DNA of 64,000 nt, from contig JANLHI010000032.1 of the NCBI GenBank assembly GCA_024654525.1, forward strand, positions 64,172 to 128,171. Reading direction: 5' to 3'. This DNA comes from Patescibacteria group bacterium. Lineage in GTDB: Bacteria > Patescibacteriota > Minisyncoccia > UBA6257 > 2-01-FULL-56-20. Positions 25,799 through 34,160 of the stretch are shown here, piece after piece. The notes under the pieces are model-generated. The model searched no databases. It saw only the letters and a program-made list of their open reading frames with translations, and was not told where the DNA came from. Made by a program: the position numbers and the translations under genes. Every line of letters begins with the position of its first letter. The stretch's first letter is position 1.

Positions 25799-26599
25799 AT
25801 GATTCACTGGATTATTACCGGTATTATTTTTGTGGCGACAATGGGGACGTTTGCATGGTGGAGGAGTAATGTGCTTGACGAGCTTCCTCCTGCGTCTTCT
25901 CCAATATCCGCTCCCGCAGTAACCCTTCCTCCCATTGAAGCGGATCGTGATGCGTTGTTGCAATTTGAAGAGGACAGGTTACGGCAAAAAGCGAAGGATG
26001 CCGGCGTGGAGTTTACCACGAGTACTCCGTATACGGTTGCAGTTCCAACTTCTTCCGTGATGCAGGTGGCATCTTCTACCGCAGATGCGACAACTTCTTT
26101 TGTGGAGTCAGTGGCATCTTCGACTGTGAAATCTGTGGAAGAATCCCTTCTCACAGAAGAAGTTTTGGAGGTTGCCACGAGTACGGCGGATACTGCCAGC
26201 TCTACTGTTTCCGAAGAGATGGTAGCAAGTAGTACGGCGATAAACGAAGTGACTAGCACGGCTACTATTGCAATACCAAATCCTCCCATCACCATACCTC
26301 CTTCCGCGGCAACCTCTTCGTCTGTCATAACGCTCAGTGCGCGGCAGTTTCTCATTGATGGAGCGGGTTTTTGTAGCTATGAAAAGGGAATATCTTCGGT
26401 AGTATTGTCCGGGTACCCTCTTTCGGTGGATGTGGCGGTGTCCGGTGATTGGATTAAAGAGTGGACAACCACGCGCGTGATTTTCTTTGCACCCGATTCA
26501 ATACCTGCGGGAACTTATAATGTTACGGTGCGTGGGGTGAATAGTTGGGGGTATTGTACGGCATCCACGTCAACGCCAGCATTCATCGTAGTGCCGTAA
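25799..26599 (+). CDS. Stalked surface protein paralog 2
   Basis: Same architecture as paralog 1. C-terminal QFLIDGAGFC...GYP...EW...PDSIPAGTYNVTVRG...GYC. Start moved to an internal Met to clear the ssrA terminator. Confidence 0.65.
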   Translation: MIHWIITGIIFVATMGTFAWWRSNVLDELPPASSPISAPAVTLPPIEADRDALLQFEEDRLRQKAKDAGVEFTTSTPYTVAVPTSSVMQVASSTADATTSFVESVASSTVKSVEESLLTEEVLEVATSTADTASSTVSEEMVASSTAINEVTSTATIAIPNPPITIPPSAATSSSVITLSARQFLIDGAGFCSYEKGISSVVLSGYPLSVDVAVSGDWIKEWTTTRVIFFAPDSIPAGTYNVTVRGVNSWGYCTASTSTPAFIVVP

Positions 26600-26619
26600 G
26601 ATATTTATTGATTCACCTC

Positions 26620-27303
26620 ATGCCCTTATTTTTTAAAAATATATGGATATTGTCCGGTGTGGTGATTGTGGCAATTACGGTGATTGGTGCGGGGATATGG
26701 CAAAAGATTATTCCCCCCCTTCCTTCTTCGCCGTCTGTAATCTCGTCGTCTTCCACTGAAGAAATTTTTATCATTGATCCAATAAAACTTCAGCAAGAAA
26801 TTGAAGAGCTCAAGGCTGCGCGTGATCATATTATTACGCCGAAACCCGTACCACAGGATTCACTTACTACACAAGGGAATGTGATTCCGTTGCAAATGGG
26901 AAACAGCTCCGGTTCGACGGGAGTGACGCCCGCACCAACACAGTCTCAATATGTGCCACCACAGAGCACCACGATACCGCCTGCTTCTCCCGCGATTACC
27001 GTGCCAAGTACTCCTCCCGCCCCCCCGCAAAAATTCACCATTACTGGAAAACGTTTTTGCAGTTATGTTTCCGGTCTTTCCTCCTTGCTTATCACGGGGT
27101 ATCCCTTTACACAGGACGAAGAAGTGGATGCAGAGAATATTACCAGCTGGACTATGACAAGCATCGCGTTCCAGCTTCCTTCCTCGTTTCCTGCAGGGAC
27201 ATATAGCATTACCGTGCGTGGGTATCAGGAATATACATCACAGGGAACGAAACAGTATGGATATTGTAATGACGAAAAAGCGGGTTTTATTAAAGTAAAC
27301 TGA
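26620..27303 (+). CDS. Stalked surface protein paralog 3
   Basis: Transmembrane anchor. Pro/Ser-rich linker. C-terminal KFTITGKRFC...GYP...SW...PSSFPAGTYSITVRGY...GYC. Confidence 0.65.
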   Translation: MPLFFKNIWILSGVVIVAITVIGAGIWQKIIPPLPSSPSVISSSSTEEIFIIDPIKLQQEIEELKAARDHIITPKPVPQDSLTTQGNVIPLQMGNSSGSTGVTPAPTQSQYVPPQSTTIPPASPAITVPSTPPAPPQKFTITGKRFCSYVSGLSSLLITGYPFTQDEEVDAENITSWTMTSIAFQLPSSFPAGTYSITVRGYQEYTSQGTKQYGYCNDEKAGFIKVN

Positions 27304-27391
27304 CAAATTTAGATTTTCTGTATTTCTATTGACCGCATAGGGCTTCGCGCGTAGGGTAAGCGAAGGGAAAGAGGGGGATTGAGAAATAAAA

Positions 27392-28309
27392 ATGACAGAA
27401 TCGAAAGGAAAAACTATGATCCATTTTTCAAATGGGATGAATGCCCAATATTTCGTGGCGAGCGGGGCGCTCGCGTTTGACGGGAAGGGATGGCCTTGGG
27501 AATGGCCGTTGCGGTGGCTGGGGCTGATTGATACCGATCCTTTTGCGGTTGTGGCAAAAAGTCTTATGCGCGTGCCGTGGAAAGGAAATCTCCGTTGGTG
27601 GAAGCCGTGGGAGTGTGTCCGGCTCATCAGAGACGGTTCGGTGAATAAGGTCGGTCTCACTAATCCGGGAGCTGAGTGGTGGTGCAGGGAAATCGGTCCT
27701 CGGATAAAGATTCGAAACATTCGGCTTATCGTATCCCTTTTTGGGACTACCGAGGAGCTTGTTGAAATGACTCGGATGGTCGATGGATTCGACATCGTGG
27801 GAATCGAGGTGAATTGGTCGTGTCCGAACAAAAAACACGAAGACACAACGGGTGCAATTATCGAAGGTGTCCGTGCAGTGAAGGAAGAAACAAATCAACC
27901 GGTTATTGCGAAGCTTTCCGTGGCGCAGGACTATGTCGCGATTGCGAAGGGTCTTGTGGGAGTTGCGGAAGCGATTTCCATCAATTCCGTACCGTGGGAA
28001 ATGGTCTATCCGGGTAAACTAAGTCCGCTCCGGCGACTCGAAAAACGGGTCGGCGGCGGGGGTGGTGGAGTTTCCGGAAAGGCGGCGCAACCGTTTACAT
28101 GGGAGACGGTGCGTCGTTTGTGCAAGGAGGTTCCTGAGATGCCGGTCATCGCACCGAGTATCTGGGAATATGGTGATATTGCGAAAGTCCGCGCGCTTGG
28201 CGCAAAAGCGGAGAGCTTCGGCGCAATCTTTTTGCGCGCGCCGTGGCGACCCACTGAATTTGTGCGGCGGGAAATCAAAGAACTACAGAGAGAAAGGAAA
28301 AACTCATGA
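27392..28309 (+). CDS. Dihydroorotate dehydrogenase family (PyrD-like) TIM-barrel oxidoreductase
   Basis: Motifs NPGAEWW, GIEVNWSCPN, VIAKLSV and GGVSGKAAQP match class-1 DHODH-like enzymes. GC-rich relative to flanks. Confidence 0.6.
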   Translation: MTESKGKTMIHFSNGMNAQYFVASGALAFDGKGWPWEWPLRWLGLIDTDPFAVVAKSLMRVPWKGNLRWWKPWECVRLIRDGSVNKVGLTNPGAEWWCREIGPRIKIRNIRLIVSLFGTTEELVEMTRMVDGFDIVGIEVNWSCPNKKHEDTTGAIIEGVRAVKEETNQPVIAKLSVAQDYVAIAKGLVGVAEAISINSVPWEMVYPGKLSPLRRLEKRVGGGGGGVSGKAAQPFTWETVRRLCKEVPEMPVIAPSIWEYGDIAKVRALGAKAESFGAIFLRAPWRPTEFVRREIKELQRERKNS

Positions 28310-29433
28310 AAATCAGCGAAGATAAAAACACGATTACATTCAGAATTACGGATGACTGGCACTTTCATTTCCGACAGGGTGCGCTCCTCGAGTTCCTGGT
28401 GCGGTTACTCATTAAACATGGGTGGCGAGGGAGGGTGGTGGGGGAGCCGAATATTACACCGCCAATACTCACCGGCGACAAAGCGGTTGTGTACCACGAC
28501 CGGATAATGGGAAGTGCGGAGAGGCTGTGTTCCACGTTCAAGATGATCCGGGTAATGCAAATCACCGAACAAACCACGCGGATGATGGTGCGTGCCGCGT
28601 ATTTCGCAGGTGTCCGCATTTTCAAAGTTTATCCGCGCTGGGTGACGACGAATTCGGAAAACGGCGTGGTGGATTACACGATGATTTATCCCGCACTCGA
28701 CGAGCTTCAAAAGCTTCGGCAAGAAAACTATAATCCCGGAGAGCCGGACGTAGTGGCGCAGTTTCACGCGGAAAGTCCTCGGGAAGAAATTGAAGGACTG
28801 TTCAAAGAAGAGGCGTTTCTTACGGACGAGTGTGAGATGGGCGGTATCAATTGCAAATTCCCGGAATTGCCGATGACGATAGAACATATCAAGTCGGCGT
28901 TCGGTGTGAAGTGGATACTCCAGCAACCCGGTACGCGGAAAATCGCGGCGGGTATCACTATCCAACATATTACCAATACCGTGGATGATGTTCTGGGCTA
29001 TAGCAGGCGTAGCGGTGGACTTGTGTGTGTACATGATGGGTTTAAACCACATGCGGGACTCCGTGCGGATCGCGCCGCGGTTCAGGAAGTGGTGCTCTCG
29101 GGAAATCCGCTATTCTTTTACGCGGGTGACGGCGCGTGGCACTTCCGAAAAAAGAAGGAATGTTGCGGGGCAAGTTGCGGAGCGGCGAATACACTCGCGG
29201 CATTACCGCTCCTCATCAAGTTTTTCAAAGGAAACAATATGCTACACCGATTGGAACCGTTCACTTCGCAGTTCGGCGCGGAGTTCTACGGGTATCCGCT
29301 GAACGAAGGGACGGTGACATTCGTACGGAAGCCATGGAAAATTCCGGAGACACTTCCGGTGATCGGCGTAGTGGATGATGTGGTTGTCCCGTGGCGATTC
29401 GGCGAAGAAATGGAATGGCAGATTACGGACTAG
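28306..29433 (+). CDS. pyrC: Dihydroorotase, E. coli-type (class II)
   Basis: N-terminal DDWHFHFRQG (cf. DDWHLHLRDG). KVYPRWVTTNSENGV. C-terminal cysteine cluster KKECCGASCGAANTLAALP (cf. RKESSCGCAGCFNAP). Confidence 0.8.
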   Translation: MKISEDKNTITFRITDDWHFHFRQGALLEFLVRLLIKHGWRGRVVGEPNITPPILTGDKAVVYHDRIMGSAERLCSTFKMIRVMQITEQTTRMMVRAAYFAGVRIFKVYPRWVTTNSENGVVDYTMIYPALDELQKLRQENYNPGEPDVVAQFHAESPREEIEGLFKEEAFLTDECEMGGINCKFPELPMTIEHIKSAFGVKWILQQPGTRKIAAGITIQHITNTVDDVLGYSRRSGGLVCVHDGFKPHAGLRADRAAVQEVVLSGNPLFFYAGDGAWHFRKKKECCGASCGAANTLAALPLLIKFFKGNNMLHRLEPFTSQFGAEFYGYPLNEGTVTFVRKPWKIPETLPVIGVVDDVVVPWRFGEEMEWQITD

Positions 29434-29545
29434 CTTCGCAGGTCTGATAACTAACGAAACACATAACAATTGGAAGCCCTTACGTGGATAACGCGCAGGG
29501 GCTTTCTTATTTTTAATTGCCGTGGTTTCGAGGTAAAGTTTTCAT

Positions 29546-31300
29546 ATGGAAAAGAGGTCGTGCCAGCATTGCAAAGAACAATTTATGGTTGATGCCGCGG
29601 ATCGGAATTTTTATGCGCGTCTTGATGTTCCGCCACCGATATTGTGCCCCACGTGCAGGATGATACGGCGGCAACTTTTTCGGAACGAACGCGCACTTTA
29701 TAAGCGTGCGTGTGATTTGTGTAAAAAAAGCGTGGTGAGTATGTATGCGCCCGATTCGCCCTACATTGTCTATTGTGTTGAGTGTTACCAATCGGACAAG
29801 TGGGATTCGATGAGTTACGGGAAAGAATATGATTTTTCGCGCCCGTTTTTTGAGCAGTTCAACGAGCTGATGCATGTGGTGCCGCGACGGGCGCTCTATA
29901 TTGATTTCGCGACAGCGAGTGACTATACGAATTGGGGTGTGAATTTAAAAAATTGCTATCTCGTGTTCGGCGGGCACCATTACGAGGACTGCAACTATTC
30001 GAGTCAAAGTTTCTATCTCACCGATTGTACGGACGTGGATTTTTGCCAGCGGAGCGAATCGTGTTACGGCTCGGTGCATCTCCGGCACTGCAGTCGTGTG
30101 CGATTCAGTTCGTTCTCCGAGGATTGTTCGGATTCGTGGTTCTTGTATGGATGTCGCAATTGCCAGAATTGTATAGGATGTACCAACTTGCGGAATGTGT
30201 CGTGCCATATTTTCAATGTCCGTTACTCAAAAGAAGAGTATGAAGCAAAAGTCAAAGAATTTTGTCTTGATACCGAAGAAGGGCTTATGCGCGTGCGCAA
30301 TAAGTTTTCACAACACACATTACAGTTTCCGCGGAAGTTTGCATGGGTACGGAATGCGACGGGATCGACCGGGGATGACCTTGATAATGTGAAAGATTGT
30401 GTCCGGTGTTTTTCCGCAACGGAGGTGGAGAATTGCCGATACTCGTTCTTTATCCCTACGCAGGCGAAAGACAGTTATGACATTGACCATGTGGGGATGA
30501 GCGCGCAACTCACGCTTGAGCTCGTAAGCGGGTTTGGGACGGAGCGCGTAGCGTTTAGCAACCGCGTGTATTACACGCATGATGCCTATTATTGCGATGA
30601 CTGTTATAACTCTGCAAACCTTTTTGGATGCGTAGGACTCAAGAAAAAAGAGTATTGTATTTTGAATAAGCAGTATTCCAAGGATGAGTATGAAAAGATG
30701 AGAATGAAAATTATTGAACACATGACGCGCACGGGGGAATACGGCTTGTTTTTCCCGCCGGAACTTTCTCCTTTTACCTATAAAGAAACAGTTGCGCAGG
30801 AATACTTTACCCTCACTAAAGAGGAGGCCAGCGCGCAGGGATTTCGCTGGAAAGATTCCGAAAAAAAGCAGTATGAGCCGACCATTCATGTGGGGGATAT
30901 TCCTGCGGGCATCGGGGATGCAAAGGATTCACTCACGGGAGAAATTTTTGAGTGTTTTCATAAAGGGGGATGCAATGAACAATGCACAGAAGCGTTCCGG
31001 ATTATCCCGCAGGAGCTTCAGTTTTTGCGAAAGCTTGGAATTTCATTGCCGCGTCTTTGTCCGAATTGTCGGCACTATGAACGATTACGAATGCGAAACC
31101 CAATGAAATTATGGCGCCGTATGTGCCAGTGTACTCGCACGAATCAAGAATCAGGAAGCGAGAATCAAGCCAGATATCAGAATACCGTCACTCATTTCCA
31201 TGGAGGCGTCCCATGCCCGAATGAATTTGAAACCTCCTACGCGCCGGATAGGAAAGAGATAGTATATTGTGAAAATTGCTATCAATCCGAAGTTGTATGA
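29546..31300 (+). CDS. Cysteine-rich 584-aa protein with paired zinc-ribbon modules at both termini and a Cys-repeat core
   Basis: N-terminal CQHC...CPTC and CDLC...CVECYQSD. C-terminal CFHKGGC...CPNC and YAPDRKEIVYCENCYQSE. The two terminal modules look like duplicates of each other. The middle region has Cys every 10-13 residues. Confidence 0.6.
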   Translation: MEKRSCQHCKEQFMVDAADRNFYARLDVPPPILCPTCRMIRRQLFRNERALYKRACDLCKKSVVSMYAPDSPYIVYCVECYQSDKWDSMSYGKEYDFSRPFFEQFNELMHVVPRRALYIDFATASDYTNWGVNLKNCYLVFGGHHYEDCNYSSQSFYLTDCTDVDFCQRSESCYGSVHLRHCSRVRFSSFSEDCSDSWFLYGCRNCQNCIGCTNLRNVSCHIFNVRYSKEEYEAKVKEFCLDTEEGLMRVRNKFSQHTLQFPRKFAWVRNATGSTGDDLDNVKDCVRCFSATEVENCRYSFFIPTQAKDSYDIDHVGMSAQLTLELVSGFGTERVAFSNRVYYTHDAYYCDDCYNSANLFGCVGLKKKEYCILNKQYSKDEYEKMRMKIIEHMTRTGEYGLFFPPELSPFTYKETVAQEYFTLTKEEASAQGFRWKDSEKKQYEPTIHVGDIPAGIGDAKDSLTGEIFECFHKGGCNEQCTEAFRIIPQELQFLRKLGISLPRLCPNCRHYERLRMRNPMKLWRRMCQCTRTNQESGSENQARYQNTVTHFHGGVPCPNEFETSYAPDRKEIVYCENCYQSEVV

Positions 31301-31337
31301 GAGCAATTTTCATCCTGAGTCTGTCGAAGGGCGAGCA

Positions 31338-31358
31338 GCCTGCCTGCCGGTAGGCAGG
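31338..31358. repeat. GC-rich near-palindromic REP-like element GCCTGCCTGCCGGTAGGCAGG
   Basis: Near-identical to copies at 43337-43576. Confidence 0.6.
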
Positions 31359-31595
31359 TGTTATCAGGCGGAAGTGGCGTAGTACATATTCGCGCCGAGT
31401 TATGAATGGAACATAATGTATCGCTCCTAATTTTTTATTCATCACTATAGACAATTTCTTGACGCAGGTGCCGATTTATAGTATGAGTAAATGGCTAACG
31501 CTACTTGAAAAATCAATGGGAATATATGCAGTCTGGATACTGCACGGGTTTAAGAATGAAATGGAAATCTTGAAAAGTGGCGAAAGAAAGTATGT

Positions 31596-32057
31596 ATGAA
31601 AAAACCAACTGTTAGAATTGTTGTTATGGGCGGATCGATGGAGGGAAATGTGGAAGGGCTCTCTGCGTTGAACGCAGATGAATCACTTGTGGAGCAGTTT
31701 TGTGTCAGAACCAATGTCGCGAAACGTCTCGGACTAGAATTGGAATTTTCCATCATATGCAGGAAAGACAGTGGCGCGATTGAAGACGGCGATCGCGAGA
31801 AGCTGAAGGAGACAATCACTAAAGCAAAAGAATCCAATATTGCCGGAGTACTCGTGGTCCACGGGGAGGACGCGATGGCAAAAACCCTTGCTCATATCCA
31901 AAAAGAGGGGGCTTTACCCCTTCCTGTGGTGTGTGTGAGTTCCAATAGCCCAATCAGTGAGGCGGGTTCGGATGGAGGGTTTGTCCTTGCCCAAGGGTTT
32001 TGCCTCCTCGGGCAGTTTATGGGAAAAGGAGTTCGGGAAGTCGGCTGCGTCGTGTGA
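31596..32057 (+). CDS. Asparaginase/glutaminase N-domain-like protein. Truncated and probably catalytically inactive.
   Basis: Aligns by eye to the asparaginase N-domain (VVHGEDAMAKT cf. ITHGTDTMEET; LPVVCVSSNSPISEAGSDG cf. KPVVMVGAMRP...ADG). The nucleophile motif TGGTIAG reads MGGSMEG here. Only 153 aa. Confidence 0.45.
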   Translation: MKKPTVRIVVMGGSMEGNVEGLSALNADESLVEQFCVRTNVAKRLGLELEFSIICRKDSGAIEDGDREKLKETITKAKESNIAGVLVVHGEDAMAKTLAHIQKEGALPLPVVCVSSNSPISEAGSDGGFVLAQGFCLLGQFMGKGVREVGCVV

Positions 32058-32080
32058 TATAAAGGATAATCCAAAAAAAA

Positions 32081-32118
32081 GAAGCCATGGTGTATGCTGT
32101 GGCTTCTTTGCGTTTTTC
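32081..32118 (+). terminator. Rho-independent terminator
   Basis: GAAGCCA-N12-TGGCTTC followed by TTTGCGTTTTT. Confidence 0.65.
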
Positions 32119-32397
32119 GGGAGGGAGGTATAATAAAAGCACTGAAACTTAACATATGAAAAATTCTCGTAGATCTCATAGGGAAATTAACAAGACGGTA
32201 CGAGTATGTAATAGTGTCGTTTTATATTTCAAAATCACAGGAGATAAAAAGGAATGGCGGACATGTCATCGCGCTGCGATACTTGCGGCATTCCGAACTG
32301 CATTCAATGAAGCGGTTCGGTAGCGACCTTTTTTTCTAATAATAACCAGCCTCGTGCATAGTATGCGCGGGGCGCAACTTTTTTAGAGACACAAAAA

Positions 32398-32489
32398 CTA
32401 CTCCGTGCGCCGCATTTCCCGTTCTACGGTGCGTTTTTTTATTACTTCCCGTTTGTCGTGTTTTTTCTTCCCGCGGGCAAGAGTGAGTT
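32398..32489 (-). repeat. Degenerate duplicate of the smpB 3' end (last ~27 codons plus stop). Direct repeat of 33100-33190.
   Basis: About 75% nucleotide identity by eye to the smpB terminus, including ...GAACGGGA[G/A]ATGC...GAGTAG. Confidence 0.7.
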
Positions 32490-32525
32490 ATTTGACTAAA
32501 GTTTATCTTAAGTTAAACTTAGACC

Positions 32526-32744
32526 ATGAAGAACTCGGTGATAGGACTTAAAGAATTGCGGGAGAACGCGGAACATTATATTTCCCGCGTAGGGAAAGGG
32601 GAATCGTTTATCATTATGCGCCGTTCAAAGCCGGTGTTTAAGATTTCTCCTCCGGAGGATGACGAGCTGTGGGAGCGGGTGGTTGATCTCACGAAGATTA
32701 AAAAAGGAGGAGTCCCAATCGCGGAACTTCTTTCCCGGCTCTAG
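32526..32744 (+). CDS. Type II antitoxin, Phd/YefM family
   Basis: VIGLKELRENAEHYISRVGKGESFIIMRRSKPVFKISP fits the Phd/YefM N-terminal fold pattern. 7-nt gap to the downstream toxin gene. Confidence 0.7.
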   Translation: MKNSVIGLKELRENAEHYISRVGKGESFIIMRRSKPVFKISPPEDDELWERVVDLTKIKKGGVPIAELLSRL

Positions 32745-32750
32745 TGTCTC

Positions 32751-32993
32751 ATGGATAAAATAGAGAAAGCGCTTGCGCGGTTGAGTGCCCGCGAGAGGGA
32801 ATGGGTGAAAGATATGCTTTCACGGCTTCGTTCCGGCGAAGTGAAGGGTGCGGACATCAAAAAACTCAAGGGGCGCGATGATATTTTTCGCGCGAGGAAG
32901 GGAGACGTGCGTATTATCTATCATCTGCGAGACGGAACTACTTTTATTCTTGCGATTGAACGAAAGAGCGAGAAGACATATAAAGGGCTTTAG
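32751..32993 (+). CDS. Type II toxin, RelE/ParE family
   Basis: 80 aa. GDVRIIYHLRDGTTFILAIERKSEKTY matches the RelE/ParE C-terminal pattern. Confidence 0.7.
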   Translation: MDKIEKALARLSAREREWVKDMLSRLRSGEVKGADIKKLKGRDDIFRARKGDVRIIYHLRDGTTFILAIERKSEKTYKGL

Positions 32994-33099
32994 GTTGCGT
33001 GGGAGTAAAAACCCATGACCTGCGGCTTTTTTAAGAAAGAGAGAATCTCCTCCGCATTATTCTCCGGCGAGTTGCCGGATTAATTTGCGTTACTTGCGG

Positions 33100-33567
33100 C
33101 TACTCCCTTTGCATCTCCCGTTCTATAGTCCGTTTCTTTATCGCTTGTCGTTTGTCATGTTTCTTTTTCCCTCGGGCAAGGGCGAGTTCTATTTTTATTA
33201 AATTTCCTTTGAGGTGGACATTCAAGGGGATAAGCGATGTTCCTTCGCGGAGGGCTCCTACGAGGTATTTTATTTCGTCTTGAGTAAGAAGAAGTTTGCG
33301 GGTTGTGTCTGCGGTGTAATCGGGAGAAACGTTCATGGGTTGATATGCGGGGATTTGTGAGCCTACAAGGAATACTTCTCCCGCCGCACTTCGCGTACCG
33401 CTACGGCGAGCCGAAGCACGAATAATGGCGCGGCTTCCCGCGAGTCCCATACGTTTCGATTTCACGCTTTTTACCTCGTGTCCCTTGAGTATGATTCCCA
33501 CCTCGAATGTTTCGAGGATATCGTAATCAAATCGAGCGCGTTTGTTTTCTGCGAGTATTACCATGCC
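33100..33567 (-). CDS. smpB: SsrA-binding protein SmpB
   Basis: ENKRARFDYDILETFEVGIILKGHEVKS, TRKLLLTQDEI, ARGKKKHDKR. Start taken at the internal Met (MVILAENK). Confidence 0.85.
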   Translation of the reverse strand, partial: GMVILAENKRARFDYDILETFEVGIILKGHEVKSVKSKRMGLAGSRAIIRASARRSGTRSAAGEVFLVGSQIPAYQPMNVSPDYTADTTRKLLLTQDEIKYLVGALREGTSLIPLNVHLKGNLIKIELALARGKKKHDKRQAIKKRTIEREMQRE

Positions 33568-34160
33568 TGTATCATATTGTTTTATAAGAAGACATTCAAA
33601 CGCACGAACCATATAAAAAATAATGCGCGCAACTTTGAGAGTTGCGCGCATGCCCCTTGCTTTCCATAATGAAACCCTCCAATATTTTTGAATGTTCGAA
33701 GTCCATATTTGCCGCTATGGGCAAATTTGAGGAAAGCACCCTTGCTTCTTTCACCGTAACACACAAGAGTTCGGGGTCAAGGAAAGTTTTTGGTAAAAAA
33801 ATGAGAGCATCGGCTTTCCAATGCTCCCACTCACTTTCGACCAACAAGGCGTGTTATCGCCAGGGGATGGCATTGAAGAGCCTTGTATGATCCCCTTTAT
33901 CTTAAAAAAGAAGAGTCTCTGAGGCAAGTCTACTTCCGTTTCTGTGTTTTCTGCGTTATTCTTCAAAAAGAAAAAGGGCGGGGGCTGGTACGTGTTAAAC
34001 CAGACACCCCGCCTTGACGAGAAATTGTTTTTACTTCTTATTAGGAAAAAGTCAAGTGACAGTGGTATTTTTTTATATTGAATTCTCAGGCTCTATCACC
34101 CCCTTCCTTATTTAAGGATTGGATTGTACCACTGTCACTCTTGGGTTTTACTCTATCACT

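Noticed and set aside
33478-33966. Small ORFs (33478-33669, 33582-33764, 33596-33847, 33642-33890, 33751-33966) in the smpB-argS spacer.
   Set aside because: They are mutually overlapping, have no motifs, and several overlap smpB. Likely non-coding. The spacer is flagged instead for a possible small RNA.
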